From Antedon mediterranea (Eukaryota > Animalia > Echinodermata), in contig NC_092676.1 of assembly GCF_964355755.1 (NCBI RefSeq), forward strand, positions 16,014,871 through 16,078,870: a stretch of DNA of 64,000 bases, written 5' to 3'. Positions 1 to 13,029 of the stretch are shown piece by piece. The notes under the pieces are model-generated. The model saw nothing but the letters and a program-made list of their open reading frames with translations. It searched no databases and was not told the DNA's origin. Each line of letters starts with the position of its first letter. Position 1 is the first letter of the stretch. The translations under genes and the position numbers were made by a program.

Positions 1-2
1 AT

Positions 3-281
3 ATAAATGAATGCGAATCTCACCCTTGCTATCCGTTGGTTGATTGCATTAATTTACCTAATATGTATTGGTGCACGCAATGTCCGGAGGGGTACACAGG
101 GGATGGTATTACGTGCACTGCTGATGATGGTGATAAGAACAAAGCGACGGAGTCGACAAATACAGGATCAATTAGTAGACCTAGTAAACCACAGACATGT
201 AACACAGGAGGATCTGAAATTATTAAATCAATGCATATCATAAATATGATTGCTATTTCTATAGGCATTATTGTACTGTAG
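3..281 (+). CDS. Terminal coding exon of an upstream gene: calcium-binding EGF-like domain, S/T linker and hydrophobic C-terminus (GPI-signal or TM-like)
   Basis: Frame from nt 3 reads INECESHPCYPLVDCINLPNMYWCTQCPEGYTGDGITC (6-Cys cbEGF pattern) then ...IINMIAISIGIIVL*. The gene starts outside the window. Confidence 0.8.
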   Translation: MNECESHPCYPLVDCINLPNMYWCTQCPEGYTGDGITCTADDGDKNKATESTNTGSISRPSKPQTCNTGGSEIIKSMHIINMIAISIGIIVL

Positions 282-1216
282 TAGAACATTAGTACATGTC
301 TTCATTTTACCATGAATCACAAGCGACAGTTCCGATGACCCATTACTTAATGTGTTAAACTTGGTTTTGACTAACTTTCTTTGCTTTGAAAACAGTTTCC
401 GAACACTAACGACATTTTCTCTTTATTTATTTCATTATTACCAACTAAACCACTGTAGTTTATTTACCACTATTTTAGTTTGAATGTTTGAATTTAAAAC
501 GTACATATTCTTCAAAAGAAAAACATTTCATAGACTATTTTTAACGTAATGACAGCGTAGGTTTGTCTGCGGATGAATATATTATACTGATTATTTGCTT
601 TCGTATGAAAATGTAGAAAATGGTTCATAATTATTAATTAAATAACGAAAACCAAAGTTAATGATCATTTAATGCCAATTTTGTGTTTTATCAAAGTGTT
701 ACACTGTTCTTTTCTCGCTTTGTTGTTAATTTAAATAAAGATTTTAACAAATTTTTCCATTAAAATAGTTGTGTTTAAATTTCAAACTGTATGCCTACTA
801 CAGTAATGTTTTGCGATTGGTAGTTTCGAATAGAAACATTTAATAAACAAGAAACCCTGCACCAAAGACGTTATACATTCAATGGATTGTATAAGCAAAA
901 AAAAGCAATATAATTATATCGATATCAACATTGTTTTATTCAATTTATTTTATAGTATCCCTATAAGTCTTAAAAGTGCCAGTCTGGGAAAAGAATTAGA
1001 AACAAGTGTTTCTCAACTGCTTTGTGTTATATGGAGTCTATCCATATTAAACAAAATAATTGAAATTACATTATTAATATCTTATGCTATATATGCCTAT
1101 CTATAAAAATTAGAATTAATTCGTGCTCTTAATCATCTGTGCTCTTAATCATATGTGCTACGTTCCATCGTCTAACTAAAAGTTATAATTGTGTTGTTGA
1201 TTAATTTTAAATCCGT

Positions 1217-1621
1217 TTATTTTGCCATCTCAAGATCTTTATATTCAAAGGCCGGGCTAACAGTGCAGCCAAAGAATGTCCATTCTCCACCGGCCACGCA
1301 TCTTGCACTCTGCCAGTGATCTGCTGGAATCAACAGCTGGAACTTATGACCTTTCTCTATGTCTGGTCCTAATATATACTGTTTGTAATGGTCTTTTCCA
1401 TCAGGTTTCAAAATGGAAACTTCGATAGGGTCCCCAGTATAGTAATGCCAAAGCTCGTCTTTGCCCTTTATTCGATGCAAAGCAATGCTATTATCTTTTG
1501 ATACCAGGTAATATATAGCTGTGCTATGCTCAGTCCGGTATGTCTCTCTGTAGTATCCTCCTTCAACATGTACTTGAAGTTCAAAATGTTTTATCATCTC
1601 ACTTGCTGTTTTCTTATTCAT
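1217..1621 (-). CDS. Cupin_5 / DUF985 family cupin protein, 134 aa, intronless CDS
   Basis: Motifs HVEGGYYRETY, STAIYYL, HRIKGKDELWHYYTGDP, FQLLIPADHWQSA and GCTVSPAFEY are typical of DUF985. A poly-T/CAG acceptor ~20 nt upstream of the ATG at 1621 suggests a 5'UTR intron. Confidence 0.88.
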   Translation of the reverse strand: MNKKTASEMIKHFELQVHVEGGYYRETYRTEHSTAIYYLVSKDNSIALHRIKGKDELWHYYTGDPIEVSILKPDGKDHYKQYILGPDIEKGHKFQLLIPADHWQSARCVAGGEWTFFGCTVSPAFEYKDLEMAK

Positions 1622-2236
1622 TATCTTGTTTGATATACAACTGTAATTAAAAAAAACGAAATAAACACATTTTACTTGGAATATAATCATGTACCAGAAT
1701 GTACATGTATAAATGGAAAAACAACAATTGAGTAACTTTAATATCACCTAAAGTTAATGTTAAGCTTTAGTAGGTACCGGTGATCTTTTAAAAGTGATAA
1801 AGACGAAATGCTGAACATATACGGGAGAGCGGAGAGGAAGCTCTCCAAACATAGTCACTGATACTTTTCCAAAAACAGTAAAACTGAATAAAACGAAGAA
1901 CTAAGCTAATAAATATATGTAAATTAAATGTACACAATTTAAATTTAAGGTAAATAAAACTAATTTAGATTTTCTAAAAATTAATGAGATCGCAGAAAAA
2001 GAAAAACATTTTAATTGTAATGGGTGGTATGGATTTAGGCCTATATACATTTCAGACCTAAATTGTGATGCACACAGTGATACATTCTAGGAAACTGTCG
2101 ACAGTTCCTCCTATTGTGATGTTATAATGTTCTGTCATGTTTACCTATATTTTTGTGAAATTATCTAAAATAACTGGTTTTATATCATTTGCTACAGTTA
2201 AAGGTGTATTGTCCCCCACCTCTAAAAAAAGATTAA

Positions 2237-2677
2237 AGATGTATTGTCCCTTGAAACACAAAAAAATGAAGGTCAAAATATTCTAAATTTAAATTGGCCA
2301 TATCAAAGTAATATTAAAATTATTCACTTTAAGTGGAAAATTCGTGACAAAAACAACAATTTTACGTAATTAACAGGTAAATTAGTTTGATTACATTTCG
2401 TCTGGAAAATCGTCACAAGCGAAAGTAAACAAAGATTTCAAACCAAGAGTATGCATTATGCATGATGAGATATGTTTTGATCAAAAACGACTGGAAGTCA
2501 AAGTTATTTTGTGAACAAAAAAACGTCTGTATTTCAGTCAAATTATTTTTTTTCGACTAATTTTTGTTGAAAGTTAATAACTATTAATATGATACTTCAA
2601 AATGACCCACTTTTTTTCGAAATATTCTAATTTTTATTTTTTATGGAATTTGACAAAGGGACAATAGGCCTACATCT
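2237..2677. mobile_element. Kolobok-like non-autonomous DNA transposon (TTAA-flanked MITE)
   Basis: TTAA|AGATGTATTGTCCC ... GGGACAATA(GGCCTA)CATCT|TTAA. An inverted copy lies at 31418-31953, and a related left end sits at 2202. Confidence 0.75.
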
Positions 2678-5600
2678 TTAATTAAATTAAACTTTGAATA
2701 GGTTATTTTGTAGTTATTCATTTCCGTTGAAAAAATACGAAAACAAATAATGTTTTTACTTATAAAATAGAAAAATAGATGGTTCCATCCCCATCTTTAA
2801 CAGTAAAATACTGGCCATCGTTTACAAGCATTATCGTTAATGGCCCATGATTGTTTCTACCGAGTGGGGAAAAATTGAAAATAATGAGGTCACATTTGAG
2901 GTCAAATTAGCTCACATAATGTGCATAATGAGACTATAAGACAATATCAAGTATCATTATGCTCAGGCAAAATATATTTGTGTAAACCAGGGAGTTACAA
3001 CTCCCTGGTGAAACCATCTTTTGTGAAAATGTGATTATTTTGAATTTACGAATTGCCATTTATGAATATGAAAATGAGAAATATGCGGTTAACGGTGGAA
3101 ACTGTAATCATCGCGCCGCTCCTTTAAATAGAACAAAAGCAATATATTAGACATTTTTGTAAGACACACTTTTTAATCTTAAATTCTTTGATCCGTCCAT
3201 GAAAGAATTACAGTAGTAATTCTAAATAATTCATCTCCTGCCGCAAATCGTTTGTGGTTCCGTGTTGTACACACCACAAGTCAAGGTTAGATTAATTTAA
3301 ATTGGCTGCATTTTCTAACAATGGAAGCTTTTTTACTCATGATTTAACAATTTCGTGTTGGGTATAATGTGTATAATAAAAATCAAGTGTTTTAGCACAT
3401 TCCTCGAAATACGGTAGCCTTCATTGATCCCGTGACTTGAACAGGACTTATCGCACTGTTTTAAAGTACTACATTAGTGTACAGTCATTGCAGTAGAATA
3501 CGTTTTTAAATGATTTAACTCACAATTCCATCACGATGGATGCATTATACAGTAATAAAGTGTACATAACGTTTATATAGGCAGATTTTGGCAGTTTTTA
3601 TGTTCTATACTGTCATGTAAAACCATTAGTATGTATCCGTTTAAAACACATCGCGTAAATATCGCATACATTGTTATGTAAGGTTTTCCCTGGAGACACC
3701 ACACCCACATTCCAAACCCCCACCACGTTGTGCATGATCCCCCCTCTTTTGTAAAGAGTCCTTTCTGGTTGTATAGCCGCCAACCAGGCCTTCTGTTATC
3801 TACTATTACTGGGAGCCAGAAAGGATGCACCCTCTAGCAAACTATGCTATGGTTTTTTGCTTCCTTTATCAATACGAATCCATTTTTTGCTATTGGCCAA
3901 AAAAATATTGGGATGCTTGGTCACTACAGGGGTCAATATGGTCAAAGTTTTTGCGTAAATTGGTAACTACTGGGTGTATTGGAATTGGAAAAACTACTCA
4001 GAAGACCATATTTATATTCATTCTAATATGAAACTTTTTCCCAAAGTGGACGGAAACCCCTTTCTGACCACTAGTCAAGAAATTGGCCATATGAATATCT
4101 CGGTAACCACTGGTCAGAAGTGATAAGTGTGGTCTCAACAAACTCGCAAAGTATACAGTATGTTAATATTTGTTCTAATATAATAAAAATCATAAACTGT
4201 CAATATACCCCTAATTTTGACCTTTGACATATAGCCGGCACAAACATTTTTAGCATAGAGCACACTTTTCATATCTCAGAAATTGTTAGTCGTAGTTAGT
4301 GTCAAAATACACAGATAATTTTTTTTATTCACATTCACATTTATCTCATGGCATTAATATCATAGTATTTAAACATTTTTGTTACAGTCAAGGATTCATA
4401 AATTCTTCTTAGAAAATTCAGCAACCTAACCTAATCCATTAGGTACCAAACAAAAGTTGATTTTTGAGTGAACAAAAATACAATTTTCTAATGATTTTAA
4501 TGGAAACGACTTAAATAATTGCAAAATACACATACTTGTGATATTTTTTTTATAAACAAGAGTTTGATATGTTAAAGATTAGTGTTTAATAATTATAGTA
4601 TCGTTTTTTATTGAAATTTTTAAATTGGTAGGTTAGACCGTTTTTCACATTCTGAACTTCAAGGCTAAATATCTCAAAAGTTCGGGTTGCGACTCTGCGC
4701 CGCTTTTGTGATGCCAGGCCTCATATTTCTATTCACTTTAATCATGGAAATAAGTTAACTAACTTATTTCTCCATGCTTTAATGGACAACTTTTGCCAAA
4801 AATGAACGTGACACTTTGGTCAAGAAAATAGCCATATTAATATCTCAGCAAACACTAGTATTTTAGTCGCAAATTACTCGCAAAGGAGTATTTATATTTG
4901 CTCTAATACAATAGAAATACACAAAATGTTTAAAAAACACATTATTTAACCTATAGCTGGTATAGGCCTACAAACATTTTTGCGTGGAGCACATGTGACA
5001 TTTTTAATAACTAGCGAATATTGTCTTGCTTGACATATTGATATCACCTTAATGAATAAGTGCCAAAAAACATATCATGGTGTTTGAGAAGATGGTGGGG
5101 ATTGGCTAGGGTAGTAGGTTATCAAATTGACCAGAATTGTAATAGGAAATTATCCCTTACCCTAATAGGAAATTGTTTGTTTGGGGTGGGGATGTAGGCC
5201 TATCACCATGTACGACCGAAACTGTACTGGAAATGTTTTTAACTAGGCCTAGTTTTATGAACTTACCGTAAACTACAGTGTAGGCCTACACCTTTCCAAA
5301 ACTGTGAATACTCGTTGAAAAAGCGGCTGTCCAATGAAAGTAAAATACAGACAAATAATATGCGTTATGAAAACAATCAAGGGTGGTGGAGTTAACAGGT
5401 GATTGAGGTTATATAACACATTAATCACATCGTTGGCCTCGACAATCAGCTGAGGTCAATGTCGTCAGGATAAAATACTGTATTCAGTAATGATAAAAAA
5501 GCTCAAGTGGTTGTTCGAAGTGGTGAAGTTACAATTAATTATAAAAATGGTCGAGGCATACAAAATGTGTTTGAATTAGTCAGAATCAGTCATACTCTTT

Positions 5601-6237
5601 ATAAGGAAGAATGATATATACCGGTGCATATTGGTTTCATGTCATGGAACAGATACTGTCTCTTGTCAGAAATATAATAAAGGTGCCACATGCTAACGGG
5701 CTCAGTATATTAGCAACATTAGGAAATGAAAATTCTCAAAAACAAATGTTGACGAAACATTTTATAATTGTTACTAAACTAAAGTGCAACATCTATATTT
5801 ACTTCTCTGTTATTTTCCTCACATAATATTTATCAATGTAAAATTGTCAACAAAATGAATGATCGCAACTGGAATCGTGGTTGTAACCTACGTTACATGT
5901 TTTATTTTCGACTTTCAATGTAAACGATTATAAAGGCAACATTATATTTCTATGAATATGAAACTATAAAATAGTGTATGTAATCAAACAAAAACATGTA
6001 GGCCTATAATAACTTACATATTGTTACATTCACTAGTACATATTGTATTTTATAGTTTATACTTTATTACCATCCATAATAAAATGAGTCGTCAATCAAA
6101 GGTTGTTGTTGATTTCTTGTATGTCCGCATACATTCCTGTCTTAAATTCACATAAAATAACACTCATTATTGTACTCTATTAAATAGTCATAATTATGAC
6201 AAAACTGGTGTAATCTTTCTTAGAAAATGTATACTGT

Positions 6238-7059
6238 GGGCCTGTTTCTGCTGCAACTGCTCAAAATACGGTATAAAAATACGGTATAAAATACGGTATT
6301 TTTTATACCGTATTTTTTAGTACCCCGTTTCTGCTAACAATACTTATTGGGTGGTCGTGTTAAATTTCATCTTTTTTACCCAAATTGCCATTTTATTTAT
6401 TTGATCGATAATTAAAAGTCGCAATAAAGGAAGTTTTACGTCTCACTTTCAACAGCCTAGCCCTAGTGATAGAGATGTTGTGAGAGCACAGAAACATCGT
6501 AATGGGGACAATTAATTCGTTCCCTCCCCGAGTTATTGTATTTTGCAATGTTGTACTGCTTTCGCAGGCTCTTCAGCTTTGAGTTTACTTGCTTTGGAGA
6601 CAAGTCTATTCCATACTCCTGCTTTTTTATTTTAGAAATGTCTTTATAAATGTGGTTGTCCCTTTTATTACCTTTTAGTTGGCCAGACATTTTAGCTTCC
6701 CCACACAAATTTATTTAGTAAAACTGTGACGTCTTCGCTCCACATTTTCGCCGAATATATATATACACGTGTGTAAAACAGCTGACAGTGACAGAAAACA
6801 AAAACACGAATGTTGACCTTTTGTCATGTAAAAAAAAATATGGTATTTTTTATTGGCAGCAGAAACGGGTACAAAAAATACGGTATAAATTTGTAAATAC
6901 CGTATTTTATCCACAAATTTTGTGGGGAAAATACGGTATACAAAATACGGTATATTTTTTATGAGCGCAGTTTCTGCTGCCAAAAATATACCGTATATAT
7001 ACGGTATTCAAAAAATACCGTATAATATACGGTATTTAGTTGGCAGCAGAAACAGGGCC
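6238..7059 (-). mobile_element. PIF/Harbinger-derived non-autonomous element with a Myb/SANT (trihelix) gene fragment, nested in the Sola2 element
   Basis: TIRs GGGCCTGTTTCTGCTGCAA / TTGGCAGCAGAAACAGGGCC and internal ATACGGTAT repeats. ORF 6463-6708 (KRDNHIYKDIS...PKQVNSKLKSLRKQY...CPHYD) is Myb/SANT-like. Confidence 0.72.
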
Positions 7060-7457
7060 TTAGTTACAATTGAGTAACGTAAATTACGTATTCAGTAACG
7101 TAAATTACTGAATTGAAAGATGAATTCGTCATCAAAATAGTTAAATAAAAACAACATTTGTAACTTTTAACAATAAACCTCATTGGTATTTTAGATCATT
7201 GCCATCACTTTTGTAGGCAAACAGATTATATGTTCATTAAATCATCCTTTTTTTATTTTCTTTTAATTCAATGCATATTTTATTAATTATAATTATAAAA
7301 ACTCCCATATTAAAATGTAAATTAGTGAGTTTTATAATGCTAGTGTACATACTATTGTTTTGGTTAATATGATTATTATTATTTATTATAATTCTGTGAA
7401 CTTTACAGTTGCTTGGCCTAATGCTTATATCAGTCTCAACTTTCTTAGTAACGTAAG

Positions 7458-10253
7458 TTACATTTCCTTTAATGTTTCAACATTTTGATTTATCCGTTCC
7501 CTCTCCTGGTCTGAAATGTAGAACAATCTACCCGTACAACCCTTTGTTTCAATTTCAACACGGCAGATAACTTTATCAATAGGAATCCATATTTCATCCT
7601 TACTATTTGGCCACTGAAATATGTTCTTGTTAATTCTGCTGCCAGATTTAAAAAAAGACACCAACGCATCTTCATCATCTATATCAACAACTTTGCCGAT
7701 GTACCATTCTTCATCATATAATGCCGATACCCAATCATCAACATGGAATTGAATTTTGCTGCTTTGCTTGGTATTTTGCTTTTGACGTTTCGTTAAGCTA
7801 TGGACTATCCATCCGGGGCACATGTTATCAGCTAGCAGAAGAGGTTTCTTGACACGCTCTACAGTAGCAAGATACATCGCGTACCATCACTTCTCCACTG
7901 ATGCCTCTCACTGCATGGAGATTTGTAGTCCCGGGAACAGGTCTTATGTTTGGCCATTTCATTTGTATTTCCGATTCTGCAGCCACACATTCCTCATTAG
8001 TAACAAAAAAGTACTCTGTGCGTGAGGTTTTCTCTTTCTTGACAAGCCCAAGCAAAGAAGTCGTGGGCATCTTGGATCACTGCCGCACCACGTTTTACGG
8101 CTTCGTCCGCCAAGCGTTTTACTGTTCCGCCAATGCCGTCGCATGGCCCTTTTCCATGCCCAGCTTCGAAGTAGTCCCAGCTGGCATTAATATTATGGAA
8201 AAGTATGTTGTGATTAGATATGATGGAGAATATTGTTTTATTCCGGTATTGTGATGTTGGACTATCGGTCCAATAATGGATAGTCTTTAATTCTGGCAAG
8301 ATCCCTCTCAATTTTGGCACCAGCTTCTTTAAAATTGCAAACACAGTAGAAGCGTTGTGTGCGCGGGTGTCTGAAACCGCTACCATGCTATGATGCTTAA
8401 TTTCGCCATCATGAAAGTAAGCAACTATAGGGTGTAAAGTAACACCGGTCTGATTCCAGTAGGCGCTTTGCACTTCTTCCATCGGCACACATGTGTAATT
8501 CTGAGAAAAATCCATATGTATGACGCATTCTCCTTCTTGCAGGTTTTCTTTACACTCTCTTATAGCAGTGTATTGTGCTGTAACCCGTTGTGCATGTTTT
8601 CGGAAATCAATAGTTGTAGTTACAAATAAGTCTGCAAATGTGCTTTTGTCGACTCTTTGTTGAACAAGTTTAGTTTTCTTCTTACCGAAATTGTCCGGGA
8701 CACGTTTCCATTCTTCATACTGGATCTCTTGATCTGGTATACGCTTGGCAAGATCAGATATCTGTGTGTCGGTGATTGATTTGATTGCTTCATCGGGGCT
8801 TGTGATTGTGATCACACCTAGAGATTTTAATACCTTTAACTGAAGGGCAAAGTTCTGATGTTTTAGGCAAAGACTTGTGTTTCTTGCTGTGAATTTGACA
8901 AGTTTAATATTAGCATTTCTTTGTCGGATTTTCTTAAACGAGGAAAAAGAAACCTTCCGTTGCTCGGGATTTTCACTTTTGTACTTGGCAAACAAGTTCA
9001 TCATGTAATCATTGAGGTATCTTATCTGGCGTTTTTCTTTGGTAGAAGATGTTTTGCAGGCATCTCGTTTTCCTGGCATCATCCTGGAGTTGTCATCTCT
9101 TTCCATGAAGCCTAATACTTCATTATAAAGAACTCCCCACCCCTTTTCTACATACTTCGCAGCTGTGATTCTTTGCTTTTTCGTCTTGGATAGGTTACGT
9201 TGACCAAGGCCCGACTCCATTGAAACACGCGCGATTAACCTGTATTTCTTGATTATCTTTCCAGATAGAACATTGCTAATCATTCTTCTGGCCTTCTGCC
9301 CTTGATTTATCTCTGTGCTCTCTCTTATTTCATCAAGCAGTGCATGTGAAAGCAGGAGTTGTTTTTTTCAACCCTTTGGGTACTGATCTTGGTGACATAC
9401 CTAGAAAATTGGAAATTACATCAATACTAAATTAAGTACGGTTTAGAATATTTAAATATTTTCTCAATTGATATGTCCAGGAAGATAATGGTTTAAGCGG
9501 CATGTAATGGGCAGAAAAAGAAAATACGTATATTCACATCACCATACACGACATGGAACAAGTTATCATTTATAAGGCCTTGAGTACATTTTGTGGATAT
9601 TTGCTCTATATTATAAATAGCCAATATTGTCATTATTAATAATAATTATGCGTGAATAAAACAGTACATTCATTCGTGACCTACCTGCATTTCGTAAATC
9701 CTGATTTGCTTCGATCTTGGAGAGTCAGTACTACTCATGGACGAGTCATGACTGGTAGATGGGATGCAATTCTTATTTACTTTCTTCAGAGCTCTTTCAT
9801 AGCGCTTGTTTATGGTTTTTTTTTTTGTCTGGTCATTTTCTGTAACTCCAGATTTAATTTTTCGATGCGACGATGGGCTCGACTTAGTGCTCTGCCAACA
9901 CGTTTTCGAGTAGAAATACGTCTCTTAAACGACATCTTGATGCGTAGAGGAGAAGTTGGTGAAACCACATCGGAAGATATGGCTGAATCATCATTACTAC
10001 TACTAGGTTCGTCAGCTTCTTCTGGGTGTTGTACTTGTAGTTGGGCTTGAACTTGCTTCACGTACCTTCGATGTTTCTGTACTCTTCTTTTCACCGTCGC
10101 TCTCCGTGCATTTCTATCTTTTGTTGTAAGTTCTGCTGACGGAACATAGTATTTCATTACACGTCTTGCTTCTGCTTGCAAGTACTCTGCTCCTCGCTTC
10201 TCTTTTTGTCGTTCCCGATACGCTGCCTGAATCTCGGCTCGTGACTTTACCAT
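7458..10253 (-). pseudogene. Sola2-like DDD transposase with one intron (9401-9684) and several frameshifts
   Basis: Motifs CLKHQN, IHMDFSQNY, EVQSAYW, VTLHP, WTDSPTSQYRNK, FEAGHGKGPCDGIGGTVKR, then IRPVPGTTNLH and a Tudor-like DDWVSALYDEEWYIGKV tail. Frame breaks near 9815, 8030 and 7830. Confidence 0.8.
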
Positions 10254-12090
10254 TATCACCAGTGTCACCTAGTGTTTAACAAAATGTATTAGTATTAAAT
10301 CAAAATAAACAAATATTAAATTATATTTTTACATTTTAAATAACCATAATGTAAAAAAATACATTGACTTTGTATGTAGTAAATTATGTAACTTACGTTA
10401 CCATGAACAATACTATTAATACTTGTGAGTATCGATATTACAAAGACACAAGATGTATCCAGGTACATGACATACGTTTGACAATGAATATTCATAAACA
10501 TATATACACAGATATTATCTTAATATCACTATGTTCGGTAATGTTACAACAACATAGACATACAACATCAATGTGAAACTTACGTTACCATAGTATCAAG
10601 GGCAAAGAAACTTCCCATAAAATAACCCTAAATAAAATCAACTCCGGTTGGAGGTAATGTTCATTATTGCCTGTATAATATAACTTAAATTATTTGAATA
10701 TACTGAGTAGAAAAAAAACAAGACGTCTTAGAAATGAGGTATATAAAATGGTAACCTACGTTACATGTAGTGTAATTTACGTTACTTTGTTGCCTATGCT
10801 AGCTTACTAGTGTAAATTGTACAATGTAATAACATACTTGCATATCTGTCTAATTTCCTAAATTATAAACATTAGGAAAGTTGTTCTAAATGATCTTTAG
10901 TGAATTAAGCATTTGAATACTTACTAAAATATACTCGAAAATCTGATATATGACGAATAAACTATGAAATTGTGAAAACGTATTTATAAAAACGTGGTCA
11001 AAATTGCCGCTGTCTGCCGAATCACGTGGTTAAAACTTTTTATTGTGTCAGAGGGCGTTTTCTTGATCATAAGAATATCTGTATTCCTTAGAAATGTCCA
11101 CAATATTAAAACTCATCAGTAACAATATATATGGTAACGTAAGTTACCATAACGTAAATTTCAAATGAACTTCAAAGGCTCAAATAATTAAATCTTAAAA
11201 CAACAACAAAATAATCAGTTTAAAATTAAACTTGACGTAACTAATCTTATAAATTATTATAACATGTGTGTGCACAAACCGGATCCTAAGAAGAAATGGG
11301 GTAACGTAGGTTACATCGCTTAACCAATCGTTTTTCATTAACACTTTCCAGGCAATTTTATAACGTATTTACATTATATTTCATCCGCGCAAGCAATATA
11401 ATCGTTATCAAGAGTACAAATCACATAATACGAAGAAAAACACTCTTATAGGTAATTATTAATTGATATTTAATGCATTTTTAAAGTCTGTAACGTAAGT
11501 TACGTCATTTGTGCGACATATTTAATTGAAGAATTTTTAAAAATAAAACTAATTTTTTGTCAAAATGTCACTTACATGCGTTAAACGTATAGGTAAGGCT
11601 CCAAAATATACAGTATTTACAATGATAAATGGGATTATATTTAATTTTTACACTAGAGAATATTATGAAATTGGCCGGTGACAGGCGGTTTTGTGTCATA
11701 TCATGAAGTTTAAAGTGACATTATTTTTTAAGGGCAAGGATTTTCAAAATAAAACTTGGCCAATACAAAGAATAACGTTTCCTGTACCGTCATAACGCTT
11801 TAAAACACACTTTTAGTGCATAGTTTTATATATATAACACAGTAATTATAGGCGACATTGGTTTTTCATATTCGTGTTGGTATAGTGAGCCTGAGCGTGG
11901 TAGATATTAGAGATATACCTTGGTGTTTTTTATTTCGAGATAAATAAAAACTTGTTAACATTTGGTTTGGTATGTTTGTTAAAAAGAGTGTGTAAATTAT
12001 GTATGATTTTCAAAAAACCTATCATGCTTTATGCTTAAATTAAAAGTGTTCTAGTATGGAACGCCTCCTCTGCCTTCAGTTCACATTTAC

Positions 12091-12541
12091 CATGCAGTAC
12101 ACACCAATCGTCATGCAGTACACACCAATCGTCATGCAGTACACACCAAACATAATGCAGTACACACCAAACATAATGCAGTACACACCAAACATAATGC
12201 AGTACACACCAATCGTCATGCAGTACACACCAAACATAATGCAGTACACACCAAACATCATGCAGTACACACCAATCATCATGCAGTACACACCAAACAT
12301 AATGCAGTACACACCAATCGTCATGCAGTACACACCAATCGTCATGCAGTACACACCAAACATAATGCAGTACACACCAATCGTCATGCAGTACACACCA
12401 AACATAATGCAGTACACACCAATCGTCATGCAGTACACACCAAACATCATGCAGTACACACCAAACATAATGCAGTACACACCAATCGTCATGCAGTACA
12501 CACAATGGTCATGCAGTACACACCAATCGTCATGCAGTACA
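12091..12541. repeat. 21-bp minisatellite, ~21 copies, two main variants
   Basis: ATGCAGTACACACCAA followed by TCGTC or ACATA, repeated in tandem. Confidence 0.95.
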
Positions 12542-13029
12542 GACAGAAGAAGAGATTACCTTCCTAAATGTACTTAACCTAACCCTCTAAATAATCTCTC
12601 TCAACTATTAAAAAAAAACACGCTATTGATAGACCTCGAACCCAGGGGTTCCAGTGTTTTAGAGTAAACCCTTTACCACTCGACCAAACATTTTGGTTGG
12701 GATAGTCACGTCAATTGACTCTGATGGCATAGTTGTTCAGTCTAGTGTGACCGTGTATTCAAATGAGGCAAATGTGACCGAGGAAGAATAACTTACCTTT
12801 GAGAAAGTCAACTGATAGTTGGCGAAACGTCAGGTAAATAATAATCGTTAATTATTTACTATTACAACCTACGGTTGAGATAAAATTAATTATTATATTT
12901 CAGTTTCTTTGACTTCACAATTTGCCAAAGTAGGGGAATTGTATACAGCCTCGTGATAAAAGATATTTGACCGAATATGGACACTAGCCAGTATGGGTGC
13001 ACGAAAAGATGCTCTACATCCCACTATCT

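Larger units (their letters stand above)
5698..11892 (-). mobile_element. Sola2-type DNA transposon, decayed; boundaries tentative
   Basis: Contains a transposase pseudogene. Short imperfect ends GGGCTCAGTATA / TATAGTGAGCCT, and repeated GTAAC(N)TACGTTAC motifs on both sides of the ORF. No clear TSD. Confidence 0.6.

Noticed and set aside
3870-5000. Degenerate dispersed repeat blocks (similar ones at ~20150-20530)
   Set aside because: Recurrent GACCTTTGAC/ATATCTC motifs suggest an old repeat family, but no ends or class could be defined by eye.
5698-11892. The Sola2 element as the source of the TAGGCCTA scars (ends contain GGC...GCC)
   Set aside because: Its apparent ends are not flanked by TA and Sola elements make 4-bp TSDs, so the link is unsupported.
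12091-12541. CRISPR-like or repeat-protein reading of the 21-bp array (ORFs of 141-173 aa)
   Set aside because: There are no unique spacers, only two alternating 5-nt variants; no cas genes; the ORFs are by-products of a 21-nt period in eukaryotic DNA.
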